Source of the DNA: Haliotis rubra
Lineage: Eukaryota
DNA: 64,000 bases
Direction of reading: 5' to 3'
NCBI RefSeq assembly: GCF_003918875.1
Contig: NW_025767093.1
Span: 682,001 to 746,000, forward strand
The translations under genes were made by a program, and so were the position numbers. Below the pieces are notes generated by a model, which did not search any database, was not told the origin of the DNA, and saw nothing but the letters and a program-made list of their open reading frames with translations. Positions 63,101-64,000 of the stretch are shown here, in pieces (positions within the stretch are counted from its first letter, which is position 1; the number at the start of each line of letters is the position of its first letter).

Positions 63101-64000
63101 GTCATCCCACAGATAACATTCTTACATTGTCAGTGTTGCAGGGTGTGGCGTCATCCCCCAGATGACATCCTAACGTTGTCAGTGTAGCAGGGTGTGGAGT
63201 CATCTCCCAGATGACATGCTCACCTTGTCAGTGTTCCATGATGTGGAGTCATCCCCAATATGACATCCTTACATTGTCAGTGTAGCAGGGTGTGGTGTCA
63301 TCCCCCGGATGACATCTTAACCTTGTCAGTGTAGCAGGGCATGGAGTCATCCCACAGATGACATCCTTACCTTGTCAGTGTAGCAGGGTTTGGACTCATA
63401 ACACTGATGAAATCTGTAACCTGTCAGTGTAGCAGGGCGTGGAGTCATCCTACAGATGACATCTTTACCTTTTCAGTGTAGCAGGGTATGGAGTCATCCC
63501 ACAAATGGCAGGCTTACCTTGTCTATGTAGCAGGGGGAGGAGTCATCCCAGAGATGACTTCCTTACCTTGTCAGCGTAGCAGGGTGCGGAGTCATCCCCC
63601 AGATGACATTCTTACCTTATCAGTCTAGCAGGGTGTGGAGTCATCCCAGATATGACATCCTTACCTTGTCAGTGTAGCAGGATGTGGTGTCATCCTACAG
63701 ATGACATCCTTACTTTGTCAGTGTAGCAGGGTGTGGAGTCATCCAACATATCACATGCTTACCTTTTCAGTGTAACAGGGTGTGGAGTCATCCCACAGGT
63801 CACATCCTTGCCTTGTCAGTGTAGCAGGGCGTGGAGTCATCCAACAGATGACATCCTTACCTTGTCAGTGTAGCAGGGTGTGGAGTCATCCTACAGATGA
63901 GATCCTTACATTGTCAGTGTAGCAGGGCGTGGAGGCATCTCCCAGATGACATCCTTACATTGTCAGTGTAGCACAGTGTTGAATCATCCCCCAGATGCCA
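57149..64000. repeat. 49-bp satellite (CCTTACCTTGTCAGTGTAGCAGGGTGTGGAGTCATCCCACAGATGACAT), ~140 copies, running past the window end
   Basis: Tandem, moderately diverged units with an internal GTCATC-N5-GATGAC inverted repeat. Confidence 0.98.

Noticed and set aside
28891-64000. CRISPR-like appearance of the regular arrays
   Set aside because: Units are head-to-tail with no unique spacers, there are no cas genes, and the context is eukaryotic

Overview
Repeat-dominated eukaryotic genomic DNA with three assembly gaps (21094-21374, 40403-40611, 43676-43861). The repeat content suggests an invertebrate, probably a gastropod mollusc such as abalone; this is an inference from the SINE types and was not verified. 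About 16 distinct mini/satellite arrays with 11-76 bp units cover roughly 40% of the window. Nearly all long ORFs in the track are translations of these arrays or of N-runs. Three retroposon families with related 3' tails are dispersed through the window: A (tRNA-headed SINE, ~19 copies, several with clear TSDs), B (no tRNA head, pseudoknot-like 5' end) and C (Meta/MESC-like body). There is also a decayed Tc1/mariner transposase, a two-copy MITE/HINE-like element, and a perfect 80-bp-arm palindrome carrying a minimal hammerhead-like motif. No complete known gene is recognisable; the best candidate is a two-coding-exon, 56-aa secreted Cys-containing peptide (49699-51432). Most notable: (i) several arrays, including a 6.1-kb satellite, are internal amplifications of retroposon segments still flanked by the rest of the element; (ii) family B begins with a conserved structured-RNA module, a candidate self-cleaving ribozyme (untested).
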